Assembly: GCA_000002445.1 (NCBI GenBank)
Contig: CM000208.1
Coordinates: forward strand, 1,088,001 to 1,152,000
Source: Trypanosoma brucei
Lineage: Eukaryota
Length of the DNA stretch: 64,000 nt
Direction of reading: 5' to 3'
Shown: piece by piece, positions 1-11,256 of the stretch
Numbering within the stretch: the first letter of the stretch is position 1
How the letters are laid out: each line of letters begins with the position of its first letter
Notes under the pieces: generated by a model
What the model saw: only the letters and a program-made list of their open reading frames with translations
Database searches by the model: none
Told to the model about the DNA's origin: nothing
Position numbers and translations under genes: made by a program

Positions 1-1052
1 TGAACTTCTGCTCCGTCAACGAGTTGTTCAAGACATACGGGGCACTTTTCTGCATTGTCAGGGTTTGCATTACCGCGCCTTGTAGCCCCCGACCTCTTGG
101 CCGCATTATAAGTGGTGCGCTTCAACCCGCGTAGTTGAGCTTCGGGAAGCCCAGTCTTCTCCGCATTATCGTCAAGTCTTAGTAAGTTCTCATATGAAAA
201 GTCATCAATCTCCCACCCACCACCTGCTCCACGAGAGCCGTTACCGTTTCCACCTCTCGGATCACCTCTGCCCGTGCCTTCATCAGAGCTAGAAATGTAG
301 AGAATGCGGCGGGGAACACCAGTAATGATATCAAAATCTGATCCACTTCTGTTGTTATTCCTTGTTCGCGTTGCGGGAGGCCCAGACCATTCATCAACCT
401 GCACTGCGACTTGTGGTCGCTGGCCATTCACAGACTGAGCCGCCACCATAACACGCCGTACTTGAACCCCGGAATTCGGACCTCTTTGAACTGAGCGCTG
501 TTGAGTAACTGACGTTACCTCATTACCGTGTAAAACCCTCGCTGACGCGGTCCCACCCATGGCATTCATTGCGTCGGAACGCCCCTCTGAAAAAAAATCA
601 TTGAACGCAGACACCATCGAGAGTTGAGCTTGGAGCATCTCGTTTGCTATCCCAGACAGTGCACTGAAAATATTTCCATCGGCGCGTACAAGTTGCTGCG
701 ATGTTTGTGGTCGCAACTGCGTATGGTGGCTATTGGGGTGAGAGCGGTTCAGCGAGCGCCTCTCCGATTCCTGCCTAACCTCACGCAGCTCCGGAACCCT
801 CGTTGCTCTGCGGACATCAGGCGCACCGCTCCCGGGGGACGCTGTTGATTGAACCAGTCGACGCTCCGCAACTGTAGGGGCGCCCATGTCTTCCGGTAGC
901 GGCCAATCCATCAGCATTGCCCGGCGAGGCGCCGCATTCCTAAGTGCAGCCCGTTCAATATTTCTCTGAGCAGTGATGTGTGGAGGAACCGCATTCTCCC
1001 AATCAACACCGTCGTTCATGTTACTGAAGTTTAAGCCCCTGAAAAAAGACAT
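1..1052 (-). CDS. RING-H2 zinc-finger protein, 5' portion only (about 350 codons; the gene continues left of the window)
   Basis: I translated the minus strand by hand from the ATG at 1052..1050. It is the first ATG after an in-frame TAA at 1116..1118. The frame stays open for all ~350 codons down to position 1. The peptide ends ...ENLLRLDDNAEKTGLPEAQLRGLKRTTYNAAKRSGATRRGNANPDNAEKCPVCLEQLVDGAEV, the classic GL-x-I-x-LP...C-x-V/I-C lead-in to a RING-H2 finger. It is absent from the ORF track because it runs off the window edge. The listed ORF 179..427 is a different frame with stops. Confidence 0.6.
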   Translation of the reverse strand, partial: MSFFRGLNFSNMNDGVDWENAVPPHITAQRNIERAALRNAAPRRAMLMDWPLPEDMGAPTVAERRLVQSTASPGSGAPDVRRATRVPELREVRQESERRSLNRSHPNSHHTQLRPQTSQQLVRADGNIFSALSGIANEMLQAQLSMVSAFNDFFSEGRSDAMNAMGGTASARVLHGNEVTSVTQQRSVQRGPNSGVQVRRVMVAAQSVNGQRPQVAVQVDEWSGPPATRTRNNNRSGSDFDIITGVPRRILYISSSDEGTGRGDPRGGNGNGSRGAGGGWEIDDFSYENLLRLDDNAEKTGLPEAQLRGLKRTTYNAAKRSGATRRGNANPDNAEKCPVCLEQLVDGAEV

Positions 1053-1535
1053 TTTGCTTATATTAGTCTCAGCTGTTGCTACTTTGGGTATTATCGCGTT
1101 TCTACTGTTATCCTTTTAACCAAAGAATACGCAAAGGGTGGTGTAATGTTAAGAAGTTAAATGATACGAGAATGGTGACGAGTGTCTCTTACCAAGGCAA
1201 GCGTATATTCGGATTGAAGGGGTGGCAGCACAAGCTTTTCAAGCATCATATAAATTTACTTTGTTGGTGGTGCCGTCACCAATAGCCGCCACCACACAGC
1301 GGCATAGTGGGGAGATTGGTCAAAACATATACACACAGCAGGGGAACAATACTGCGTCGACAACAAATAACAGCGAAAGGGACTACTGAAACGGGGGTAA
1401 CGCATGACACTACCAGCGGGGACCAAAGCAGCGCGATTCCAAATAAAAACCTGCAACACCTAAGAGACCAGGAAAAGATGCAAATACAGCACACACCTCG
1501 ACTCTTGCAGGTGTTCTGTTCTACCGCCACACAAC

Positions 1536-4500
1536 TTAAAATGACGGGGCCCTTGGAAGTGGAGGTGGTAAATCACTGTCTAGTGAAGGAAGCGGCTGTA
1601 CACAGCGGCGGTCTTCAGTTCCATGGACGTCACCAGAGTCTTTCTGCTGGGATTCAGAGTACGGCCAGGTGTCACCCTCCTGCACACTGCTTACGTCCTT
1701 AAAACGTTGTCTAAGTTCTTGAACCTCAGTCCGGTACCTCTCCGCAGTTAATTCAGCAGCTTGTAACCTTTTCTGCAATCTCGCCTGTTGCTCCGACATG
1801 GCGCTTCCTCCCATGGAAGAATCTAAGAGACGCCTCGACAACTTCTCGGATTGCTCGAGAAGCTGCTTTTCTCTGGATCGGAGCTCCCTTAGTTCACGCA
1901 CAAGGTCCATATGTTTGGCTACGCTAACAGTTTTCGACTTCAGGACAGAATTCTCCTGTTGAAGGCGCTCTACTACAACTTTCATATTCTCCACCAAAGT
2001 CTCAAGTGCCTCCACGCGACCACGCTCTTTATGCGCCCCTCCAACCCTCATATTAATGGAATCTGCCTTGAGGACGTCATCGAGGTGGCGTTCAAGGCGT
2101 GATACCTTCAGTTGCAAAGCCTCCCGCTCAAATCGAAGGTCGAGAATAATACCATTCTTCTCCAGCAGCTCCCGTTCAAGGGAATTTTGATCACTGGGCT
2201 TCATACTAGTTAACACGTTGAGCGCCGGCGCAGTAACGGCTGTTGTCGGTATTACCTGATAACGATTTAGTTCAACTGTCAAGCGTTGATTTTCAGCTAT
2301 TAGCTCCGCAACACGTTGTTCTAAACTACGGAACCTCACCTCGTTCTCGACTCTTAGCTCCCTCTGCAGAGACTCAATCACTGCTTCCAGCTTCAACACA
2401 GCACGCTTACTGGCACGCACGCCCGCTGGAGAGGTGGGCTGAATACAGTCAGGGGTGTTAACTTGTCGTCTGCGCAGTTCCTCGAGCTCCTTCTTATAGA
2501 AGTCAATCTGTTGCGCTGCATCGTCAAGGCTATCCAGGCGACTCTTTAACATCTCCACTTGACGTTGCAACTCCTCATTCTCCTTAATTTTGGCCTCCAT
2601 TTGCTGGATGAGCTGTGTGTTTGATCCTGCTGCTGCCTGTAACAGTGGAGAAACAAGAGCAGAGGGGTTGGAGAAGTGACCTTTTTCCACTCCGGATGGC
2701 CGGTGGTGCCTCTTCCCCCTTTCATCGAGGGATTGGTGAAGAATGGCGGTCTCCCGAACCGCACCGAGTTCCCGAGTCTCAAGTTCCTTCCTGGTGCTGA
2801 GCAATTGAGAGCGAAGGGTGTTATTGATGTCACGTTCACCGCGAAGCTGCTCGCTGACATCTTTTAAGTCACGGGCCTGGCGACTCACTAACGCGCGCAG
2901 CGACGATATTTCGTTCAGATTGTCTCGCTGTGCTCCCTCAACCTCACTGCGCGCAACGGCTGCCACCTGGGATTGGTCAATGACGTGAGATCCTACAACA
3001 GGAGTTGCACTACAATTAGTGCAGTCGGCTAAGGCTGGATGAAGTAGAGGCTCCCTTGGAGACTTCATAACTTCCAAAGGTCGCCCTTCCAAGTAGCCTC
3101 GTTGGCATAACTCCTGACCCTCACGTCGTTGCTGTTGCACTTTCCACGGCACCTCGGCAAGAACCTCACCCTCCCCATTCTCCTGAACTGTCTGAAGAAC
3201 CTGCGTTCCTCTCTCGTGTGAAGCCTGCATCCTCTTCGGTGACCGCCGTCCCTGCAACGACACCTTAGAGGGTTGTGCAGCTAGTTCCCGCTTCAGTCGC
3301 AAAATTTCATGCTCCTTCTCCTGGAGCTGAAGATGAAGTTCGTACGCCAGTTGCTGAACTTCCTCATGCTTCCTAAGAGTTTCTTCTTCACGACGAACCT
3401 TCTCCTCGAGTTCCTTCTGAATAGACTGTAACCGCAGGTTGACGCTCTTTAGATGCTCACTGGACTCTTGCTGAATGTTTCCCATCCGCTGTGCCAACGC
3501 CATCTCATGTTGGTGCTTACGGGAAATGCTATCACGTTCCTGCGCTTCATCAACAAGTCTCTGCTTCAGCAGGTTCGTCGCTATGATGAGTTTTTCATTC
3601 TGCTCTTCCATATGGTGGATGTCCGCGTTCAATCTTTCGTTCATCGCAACAAGCCTTCGCGCCCTCTCCACGTCGTTCTGTTGCTTTATAATTTCTTCAC
3701 GCAACGAGTCTAGTTGCTCTCGCCACTTATCGGTATCCGTCTGCAACCGCCGAGCTTCTCGTCTCTCTTCGTCCAACTTTTCTCGGGCTTCTGCAAGCTG
3801 TGTTTCTAGGAATGAGAGTTGAGCCCGCAGTTCAGTCTCTACCACACCTGGCTTCGCTGCTTTTGCTGCTACAACACTTTTGAGAACACCTCCCTGTTCC
3901 ACTGTAAGATTTCGTGCCTCGTACAACTGCTGGGCCAGCAAATCCCTTTCAGTGTGCGCCCGCTGCAATTCGTCGGTGAGGGCGAGCTCCCGCTGGCGTA
4001 AGTTTGCTATTACAACACTTTGGTCATCTATGATGTCAACAGCAGGTGTCGCACCTGATGGCGGCACCTGTGGCGTCCGGTGTGAGTGCTGCCTTTCCAC
4101 TTCAGTTGGGCATCCAGATACCGAAGGAAAATGCTGCTGTTGCCGTCGGGCATCCGCTACCTGGTCACTGAGTCGCGACTCCAACATTATGTTAGCAGTC
4201 CTCGCGTTTCTCAACTCCGCCCTAAGGCGAAGTACTTCTTTCGTGAGTACAGCGACGTGCTCAGACACCCCACTGGCTGGTTCCCCCGCATCGGGTAGTT
4301 GGGCGCCGTATTCGTACTGCTCAGCTGCACCGTTGATTGCCTCACGGAAACGTTCAACCATGGCGCTGTTTTCCTTGAAAAGTCGCTCATGCAAGCGTTC
4401 CATCCGCGTAGACTCTTCCACCTGGCACTCCAGGTATTTTCGGCGCTCTGCCTGCAGTTGTCCCTGCAACTGTTCAATGCACATGTCTTTGCTCTTCAGC

Positions 4501-7500
4501 ATATCCTGTAAACACCTACTATGGTGCTCAGCAGCGCGATGTGACACCTCCGCTTGGGCTTCATGTGAACGAATTACACGCCTCTCGCGCTCTTCAGCCC
4601 GCTGCCGCTCATCATGCAACTGCTGCTGTACGTTCTGTAGCCGCTCGCGGAGTCTGCCGACCTCACCCTTTAGAGCATCATTCTCTGCAGTCACCTTCCG
4701 TGCTGCAATACCCTCCTCCTTCAACTGCTTTTTGAGAAGGTCACATTCATGCACTAGCACCCCTTGCTTTTCCATAACCTGATTGTACTCTCGAGCGGCC
4801 ATATCAACAGCCTCGTGTTGATGTCGTTGACCGAAATCGCCCTGCTGGATGACGACAGCGGGGGATTCGGACTTACTGAAAACCGACTCTTTCAACTGTA
4901 AAAGATTTCTGAAAGCCTCCCCATCAGCGGCTGTAAGAGTGGTCCCGTTGAGCTCCAGGCGACTGATCTCCTCGGTCAGCTGCTGCACGTGCGTCTCCGC
5001 CCTTTTTAATTTCTGCTGGAGGAAACTACAATCCTCCCGCAACTCTACTATCTTCACATCTTTATCACGCACAGCGGACAAAGACGCCAGAAGCTTCGCA
5101 TGAAGCGCATCCACACGCCCCTCCCCATCCTTAACTTTAAGGAGCTCCAGCTGCTGCTGCAACAGTGCTGCGTTGCCCCTTGCCTCTGCCAGCTGGGCCG
5201 CAAGCTCGCTCCGGATTGCCTGGGACCGTTCATTGTCAGTAATGGCATCCATAAGACGTTTGTGTAGTATTTCCGTACGATGGGGCGATAAGGCACCAGC
5301 AAAGCAGCGCTGTTCACTACGCACGTAGTCAACTACTGCCACCGTCTGCTCGACGTACTTCCTATATAAACGGAAGGCATTCAGTTTGTAGGTAGTCGCT
5401 TCGTTCACAGCAACCCTGAGATTCGCCTCCATGGCGTGAAGCTGCATCCGAGCTTGTTTGAGCTGAAGAACGGCCAACTCACTCTGACAACGAAGAGCTG
5501 AGTGTTGTCGGATAGCAGCTGAGACAAAGTCACTTAACCTCTGCGAATTCCCTGCATCGCGAACCAGTGAAAGCTCCTGCTTCGTAGCTTCCAACTCAAT
5601 TTCAAGACGCTTACATTCCCCCTGCAAATCGAGTGAATAGTGAAGGACACCTAAATTAATGGACTTCAGCCTCGCAACCTCCCTCTCAAGTTGATAGATT
5701 TTACTTCCCTCCGACATGATTCCCCCTAGTTCTCGGTTATGTCCAATTGCTGCTCCCTCTTGTTGTTGCCTTTGTTCCTTTGCGACGCCGTTCTGCTGGT
5801 CTTGCGGGGTGCTGCAGACGGCCGGGACACCACTACCACTCGTACCAGTCCCGCTCCCAATTGAGTTATCTATATGTTCATGCAATAAGGCAAGCTCTCG
5901 TCGGGCGTCGCCAAGCTGAGCCTCTATGGTTGACACTTCTCGCTCTTTATCCTCACACCGTTTCATGTAGAGGTTGCACTTCTGCTGCCAAGTTGTGACC
6001 TCCGACTCCCAACGTGTAACCGACGAGATGACACCTCCGCCAACAACGGGACCATCCTTAACTTCGTTGGCCTCACTTACGGTATCGCGCAACCTCCGCA
6101 GACACTCCAGCTCGACTCGCTGCTCCTCTAATTTCTCCTCTATTACAATTCTATGTGCCCTTTGATTCTGCACCTCCAGGCGCAAAACTTTAAGCTCCTC
6201 GATATGTTCCATGTTACGATACACTCTCTGTAGGTGAAGAAGGTAAGTACTATCCTCCCTGAAGAGTCTACCACGCAAAATTCCTCCCAACCTTTGCTGC
6301 ATCTCGTCAATGACGTCATTCTCGATACACACACTACTCGAGGACCGGGGGAGAACAAATCCTGTAGAAGTGTTCTCAAGTGCCTCCTTTAGTGATTTAA
6401 AGACAGTGTTAACATACTCACGCATGGACCGCTCAGACTTCGAGGCCTCCCCATGCATTTCCATAACACGACGCAGGCGCTGCAGGAGTTTGGTCTCGCG
6501 CTGCCTTAACAAGACAATCTTTTGAAGTAGTTCCCGAGTATTCACAGATTCCATACGCTGTATGGTGCCTTCCACATCCTTCAGAATGTTGGTACGCTCA
6601 TTCAGTTTCTCTGTCAGTTCTCTATTCATTTCCTGCAGAGCAGCAACCTGGTTTCGGACGTCTTCCTGCTGAGAACTCGCCTCCGTGCACTTTCGCTTCA
6701 TTTCCTCGTGTACGGCGTGCTGCTGGGAAAGTTGGTCCTTCATAACATCAACTGTGCTTTTCAAAGACGTGATGAGTTCGTCCTTCTTACGTAATTGATT
6801 CTCGAAGGTCCGTTTGAGGTAGTTTAGGGAACTGGAGCGGACAGGGGTGCCACAGTTACAACCCTCAGGAAAGGACGGTGGTGAGAAAGCACCCTCTGCG
6901 CTCGAAGGAATCCGGGAGGGGCCTAAGTTGTCTACTGCTCCTTCTTTGGTCTCCAGAATCTGCGGACTGTCTTCCACGGTGTCATCGAAGACCAGACCCT
7001 CAAAGAAGGCTGAGCGATACTTGTCACGCTCATCTAGAAGCATGTCTCTTTCGGCTGTAGTTGCGGCGAGTTGCTCCCGTAGAGTTGTTTGTGTGGCTGC
7101 GTTGTCCTTAATAGTGAGCTCGGACTGCTCTAAAAGCTGGAGGGCACTCTGAAGCTGTTCCCTCAAGCGTAATGTGTCTGCAGCACCTTCGCCATTTTCA
7201 TCTGCTACCCGACTCGCCGCAATAATATCGACACGGTCGCGTAAGCGCTGTAGGGCAGACGCTGCCTCTACTGAGGAACTGAAGTCGGTTTTCCCCGAGA
7301 GTTCACGCAAAACCTCTTCCATTCGTTGTTTCACAAAATCATTAAAGTGTTCCATCTCCTTCCGCCTCAATCGAAGCTCCTGAAAGTACTTCTCTTTGTA
7401 ATTTTCCTCCCCAGCCTCCTCAACGATTACCCTACCGACCTTCATCTGACCTACAATTTTGTCTAGCTGCTTCAGTTGCTCGGGGTTGAGACCGAGTTCC

Positions 7501-9155
7501 AGTCGTAGCTTAGTGTCAAGCAGCGGCTGAAGGCGAACTCTGTCCATCCAATGCCGTCGTTCGCGTTCTAACCAATCAACTTCCTCCTTAAGTGTGATAA
7601 CCTCCGCCTTTAGCATCTCCACTTCACTACAATATAAGGTGGACCTCGGTCGCAGACGCTCGATTTCCTCCTGCGTAACACCAACTCGGATGCACAGTTC
7701 CTGTAGCGCGGAAGAAAACGTCAGGGAATCTGTCATCGCATTAAGCCGTTCTCGAAGTTGAGAATTTTCCTCACGAAGAAGCTCCAGAGTTCTGGTTGAA
7801 GTTTCAAGCTCACACCTGAGACGACGAAGTCCCTCATCGCCCCGTTCATAATTTTTGATAAGACGATTGATCCTGACAATTTCTTCCTCACGGGCTTCGG
7901 CTCGGAGCTCCATCTGTTGCAACTCCACTGAAAGACGGTCATTTTCCTGCTGAAGACGTTGAATGTCTGCCACGAGGATCTGCGTATCACGTTCCTCTAT
8001 GTTTGCCTTCAAACGAAACGGCCCCGTCTCGGCAAGGTTAGAAGAGTTTCTAGCTGATGGTGAAGAGCGTTTGGCGGTACCACCACTCTGCATTGCCCCA
8101 AACCCGAGGCTGCTGTTCGACATCGGCAGATTTTTCCCCATGTCGTGGCGTTTGTCGTCATCTTCCCTTAGATGGCTTGGACAGCGCTGCCGCTCTACTA
8201 CAACCTGTGTTGCCCGACGGTCAATATCCCGTTGCTTGCGGCTAAGTTCGTCGGTTAGTATCTGGACTCGGTTACGCTCCTCATCCACAACCTCGTGGTG
8301 AAGCTTTTGTAACTCTGTCATATCCTTCAGAGCTTCCATCTCTCGCTGCTCACAAAGCTCCTCGGCACGGTTACGTAGCTGAATGAGATTATGGTTTTCC
8401 AACTGCAATTCACGCACTTTTTGGCGCAATCGTTTTAGCTCTGATTCATCGTCTTGTAGTCTGTCTACCTCCGAACGACGTGTCTCCCTCAACATTTCCT
8501 TTACGCTGTTGTGCTTTTCTATAACTCGCTTATGTTTGGCCACGAGATGCTTGTACTCCAACTGCAGTTTTGCATTTTCTTGCACAACACTAGCTTTCTC
8601 ACCCTCACAAAACTGGGCAGTGCGCCGAAGTTGCTCGTTCTCATGCTTGAGACGATCTAACTCTCTAGCGTGTTTATCATATTTTTCTGTGATGTGCCTC
8701 ACCCCATGCCCCCCACTCAATTCGACACCTCGTGGGGAACGCATACCACAGACGCCTGCCTGGTTTTCCTCGTGCCGAAACGCCACTTTAAAGTACTCGT
8801 TTTCCTTAAAGAGTTGCGTCACGCGGTTGCGACAAGCTTCATCAGTGTCACAAACAGTTTGGACCACGTGTTGAAGGAACCCGTTCTCTTGCTGAAAACG
8901 ATCTTCATTGTCAAGATAAACCTTTGCCATAATACGCAATAAACGCATGATAGCAACCGCACACTGTCGATCGGCGAAGTGTTTATCATCCTTGTTCCAA
9001 TAAACTTTTGAGACTCCCTCAGCGAACTGCCGTAAGTCCCGTGGGTTTACCACCTTTTCCCATTCATCGATTGGGAGCGACAATATGAATGACCAATCAA
9101 CCTCAGGGTACGAAGCGTAAGGGCTCTCAGCTGTTAAAGCCGACGAAGAATTCAT
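1536..9155 (-). CDS. Giant (2539 aa) coiled-coil protein. It has a ~130-aa globular N-terminal domain followed by near-continuous E/L/R/K/Q-rich heptad sequence. It is probably a cytoskeletal or flagellar structural protein; no family assignment is possible from the sequence alone
   Basis: A single uninterrupted 7.6-kb ORF starts at a true ATG (cat at 9153..9155 on the plus strand). Composition is typical of coiled coils (LQ..E..RL..E, LEEL, RLRE repeats). A purine-rich plus-strand tract upstream, at 10325..10420, is a polypyrimidine tract on the coding strand. Confidence 0.85.
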   Translation of the reverse strand: MNSSSALTAESPYASYPEVDWSFILSLPIDEWEKVVNPRDLRQFAEGVSKVYWNKDDKHFADRQCAVAIMRLLRIMAKVYLDNEDRFQQENGFLQHVVQTVCDTDEACRNRVTQLFKENEYFKVAFRHEENQAGVCGMRSPRGVELSGGHGVRHITEKYDKHARELDRLKHENEQLRRTAQFCEGEKASVVQENAKLQLEYKHLVAKHKRVIEKHNSVKEMLRETRRSEVDRLQDDESELKRLRQKVRELQLENHNLIQLRNRAEELCEQREMEALKDMTELQKLHHEVVDEERNRVQILTDELSRKQRDIDRRATQVVVERQRCPSHLREDDDKRHDMGKNLPMSNSSLGFGAMQSGGTAKRSSPSARNSSNLAETGPFRLKANIEERDTQILVADIQRLQQENDRLSVELQQMELRAEAREEEIVRINRLIKNYERGDEGLRRLRCELETSTRTLELLREENSQLRERLNAMTDSLTFSSALQELCIRVGVTQEEIERLRPRSTLYCSEVEMLKAEVITLKEEVDWLERERRHWMDRVRLQPLLDTKLRLELGLNPEQLKQLDKIVGQMKVGRVIVEEAGEENYKEKYFQELRLRRKEMEHFNDFVKQRMEEVLRELSGKTDFSSSVEAASALQRLRDRVDIIAASRVADENGEGAADTLRLREQLQSALQLLEQSELTIKDNAATQTTLREQLAATTAERDMLLDERDKYRSAFFEGLVFDDTVEDSPQILETKEGAVDNLGPSRIPSSAEGAFSPPSFPEGCNCGTPVRSSSLNYLKRTFENQLRKKDELITSLKSTVDVMKDQLSQQHAVHEEMKRKCTEASSQQEDVRNQVAALQEMNRELTEKLNERTNILKDVEGTIQRMESVNTRELLQKIVLLRQRETKLLQRLRRVMEMHGEASKSERSMREYVNTVFKSLKEALENTSTGFVLPRSSSSVCIENDVIDEMQQRLGGILRGRLFREDSTYLLHLQRVYRNMEHIEELKVLRLEVQNQRAHRIVIEEKLEEQRVELECLRRLRDTVSEANEVKDGPVVGGGVISSVTRWESEVTTWQQKCNLYMKRCEDKEREVSTIEAQLGDARRELALLHEHIDNSIGSGTGTSGSGVPAVCSTPQDQQNGVAKEQRQQQEGAAIGHNRELGGIMSEGSKIYQLEREVARLKSINLGVLHYSLDLQGECKRLEIELEATKQELSLVRDAGNSQRLSDFVSAAIRQHSALRCQSELAVLQLKQARMQLHAMEANLRVAVNEATTYKLNAFRLYRKYVEQTVAVVDYVRSEQRCFAGALSPHRTEILHKRLMDAITDNERSQAIRSELAAQLAEARGNAALLQQQLELLKVKDGEGRVDALHAKLLASLSAVRDKDVKIVELREDCSFLQQKLKRAETHVQQLTEEISRLELNGTTLTAADGEAFRNLLQLKESVFSKSESPAVVIQQGDFGQRHQHEAVDMAAREYNQVMEKQGVLVHECDLLKKQLKEEGIAARKVTAENDALKGEVGRLRERLQNVQQQLHDERQRAEERERRVIRSHEAQAEVSHRAAEHHSRCLQDMLKSKDMCIEQLQGQLQAERRKYLECQVEESTRMERLHERLFKENSAMVERFREAINGAAEQYEYGAQLPDAGEPASGVSEHVAVLTKEVLRLRAELRNARTANIMLESRLSDQVADARRQQQHFPSVSGCPTEVERQHSHRTPQVPPSGATPAVDIIDDQSVVIANLRQRELALTDELQRAHTERDLLAQQLYEARNLTVEQGGVLKSVVAAKAAKPGVVETELRAQLSFLETQLAEAREKLDEERREARRLQTDTDKWREQLDSLREEIIKQQNDVERARRLVAMNERLNADIHHMEEQNEKLIIATNLLKQRLVDEAQERDSISRKHQHEMALAQRMGNIQQESSEHLKSVNLRLQSIQKELEEKVRREEETLRKHEEVQQLAYELHLQLQEKEHEILRLKRELAAQPSKVSLQGRRSPKRMQASHERGTQVLQTVQENGEGEVLAEVPWKVQQQRREGQELCQRGYLEGRPLEVMKSPREPLLHPALADCTNCSATPVVGSHVIDQSQVAAVARSEVEGAQRDNLNEISSLRALVSRQARDLKDVSEQLRGERDINNTLRSQLLSTRKELETRELGAVRETAILHQSLDERGKRHHRPSGVEKGHFSNPSALVSPLLQAAAGSNTQLIQQMEAKIKENEELQRQVEMLKSRLDSLDDAAQQIDFYKKELEELRRRQVNTPDCIQPTSPAGVRASKRAVLKLEAVIESLQRELRVENEVRFRSLEQRVAELIAENQRLTVELNRYQVIPTTAVTAPALNVLTSMKPSDQNSLERELLEKNGIILDLRFEREALQLKVSRLERHLDDVLKADSINMRVGGAHKERGRVEALETLVENMKVVVERLQQENSVLKSKTVSVAKHMDLVRELRELRSREKQLLEQSEKLSRRLLDSSMGGSAMSEQQARLQKRLQAAELTAERYRTEVQELRQRFKDVSSVQEGDTWPYSESQQKDSGDVHGTEDRRCVQPLPSLDSDLPPPLPRAPSF

Positions 9156-10324
9156 AACTGAAAGGGGGAAAGCCTCCTATGTCCACAACCCGCGCTCGCA
9201 ACCAACCACCCGAGATGTAGGTATATGTTGTCGGGCGTGCAGGTGAATTCTACCCCACCCAACTTTCCAACTCCTATACAAGTCAGATGACGCGATACTG
9301 AGTAAGCTGGTTCAGAGATGGGAAAGAAGCCACACATATGCAATATGCTAACGCATACAGAAGACAAATGCATTTGTCAAAAAAAAAAAAAAATGCAATC
9401 AGACAATTTATGTGAACAGTCCTTTTCAGGGAAGCAAAAAAGTGACTAGAATGGAAACGTTATCGAAAAGAAACGAAAAGCCGAAGAGCACTCGGCAAAC
9501 AAACACCTTCTGTATATGCATAATATGCGCAGGGGTAGACCTCGCCGACTGAATTCACCCCCTTTACCGATATAATGTCAACTCAGATTCGGCTTCCAAC
9601 AGGATACGAAACCTCCCTTAAAGTGTGCTGAAACCTTCATGACAGACGACGACACAAAAAAAAAAAAAAGACATTCTACTTGTCATCATCAGGAAGCTTT
9701 GAAACTCCCCCGTCATACAACACCATTCTTCCTTCAATTAAGAACACGGTGCTATTGTTCAACGTAAACGACATCCTCCTATTCCACTTGAACGACACGA
9801 TGACGCGGATTCCCAACACGCGCAGTCCACAAGTGTCAGTCACAAGAACGGCATAGGTTTAATCCAGCAAGTGCATACAAAAACACACTTAGCTTTACCA
9901 TTTTGTATCTTGCATTGAATATAACCCTACAACAAAAGTTTTTCAAAATAGGGGGAAAATGCAAGTGTAAAAAAAATATGTACAAAGACACGATAAAAGT
10001 AGCCTCAAATTAAAAAAAAAATAAACTCATGATCAGACGTGTTGCCATCGACATGCAGATATAGCAATATAGATATTTTTCTTTCCAGCACCTCTTACCA
10101 CCTTTCTTGACAACGTTTATATCTTAGTAGCACCTTCAGTCTTTTGAATATAGCGTCACCCATTAAGAATAAACCAGAGGAATAGTTCGTGGGAGACCGG
10201 CTCTTCACTGACGGTGGCAGCAAAAATCCTGCTACCCAAACGAGGAAGTAGATCACATATTAGTAAACGCAAGAGGCTCTATTGTTTAAAAACTGTTCCA
10301 AGCACAACAAGTTTGTACTACAAG

Positions 10325-10420
10325 TCAGACCTCTTCCCCCTCCCCCCGGAAAAGAAAAAAGAAAAAAGAAAAAGAACAACAGTAAGGGAAAAGAAAGAGG
10401 GAAAACTCAAACACATTACC
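10325..10420 (-). promoter_or_regulatory. Polypyrimidine tract on the minus strand; a candidate trans-splicing/polyadenylation signal between the phosphatase gene and the giant coiled-coil gene
   Basis: The plus strand reads ggaaaagaaaaaagaaaaaagaaaaagaacaacagtaagggaaaagaaagagggaaaac, so the coding strand is pyrimidine-rich. It lies upstream of the ATG at 9155. Confidence 0.4.
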
Positions 10421-11256
10421 CCCTTCACACGAACACGCACACAGAGACACGCAAAAAGGAGGCGCTTTCATCAGCCGGAAGAAGAAAGACAGGGAACCTT
10501 CGTCACCATCCATTCCACGGTGATCCGGCATTTCCATTTTTAGAATGTATTACATATGGGTCCCCACCTTCCTGTGGATGGACGAAGCAAGCTAGTTCAC
10601 CACAGACGTGAGACAAGGTAAAACACCTGCAGCGCTTGGCGTCAGCATTGAAAATGAAGTTCTGCACGCGATACGCACATTGCCATTACCTCTCCTTCTC
10701 TACGTTGCCTCTTTGGCAAGCTCACCCATGTGTGTATTTCAGCGCAAGCAACGCCATGCCATCCATCCGACAGTCTTTCTGGTCCTTTTTTTTTTTTTGC
10801 GTTGTTATTTACTTACCTCTAACTACCTCGTCTGGTTTACATCAAACAGTGCCGTCCTCCACTCTTTTTTATCTCCACCCTGCAAGTGTTGTTATCACGG
10901 ACACGTCCTTTTCACTTCACGCTGTCCTCTTACTCTTGTTTTCTCTCTTTATACAGACCACGTCCTTTTTTTTCTTCTCTTACAGCCCCGCACAGAAAAT
11001 GCCTCAGTGAAGCCAGCAAGCAAAAAACAAGACAACCCCGACACCAACTAGCAACTTTCATAGCATCGCCTTTCCCCCTTCTTTCGTCCATAGAATGTTC
11101 ACTTAGATAATATAAATTGTAGGAAGTTAATCAGTTTTAGATCGCGCAATCCCCTATAACACCATCTCCTTTCCGTATTTTATCATTCGTCCCCACATGT
11201 TGGAGGAGTATCACCCAATTCAAGTAATTGAATGCGCCCTCGCTCCGTCATATTTT

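Noticed and set aside
3880-4782. A 300-aa plus-strand ORF, and many other 60-160 aa ORFs, antisense to the giant coiled-coil gene
   Set aside because: Their composition is Cys/Ser/Arg-rich nonsense. Long antisense open frames are expected opposite E/K/L/R/Q-rich heptad coding sequence, whose antisense codons are poor in stops. The sense ORF is 2539 aa uninterrupted.
10608-11110. Plus-strand ORFs of 124-147 aa between the giant gene and the phosphatase gene
   Set aside because: They lie on the wrong strand for this minus-strand array and overlap one another. They are Phe/Leu/Ser-rich translations of UTR-like pyrimidine-rich DNA.
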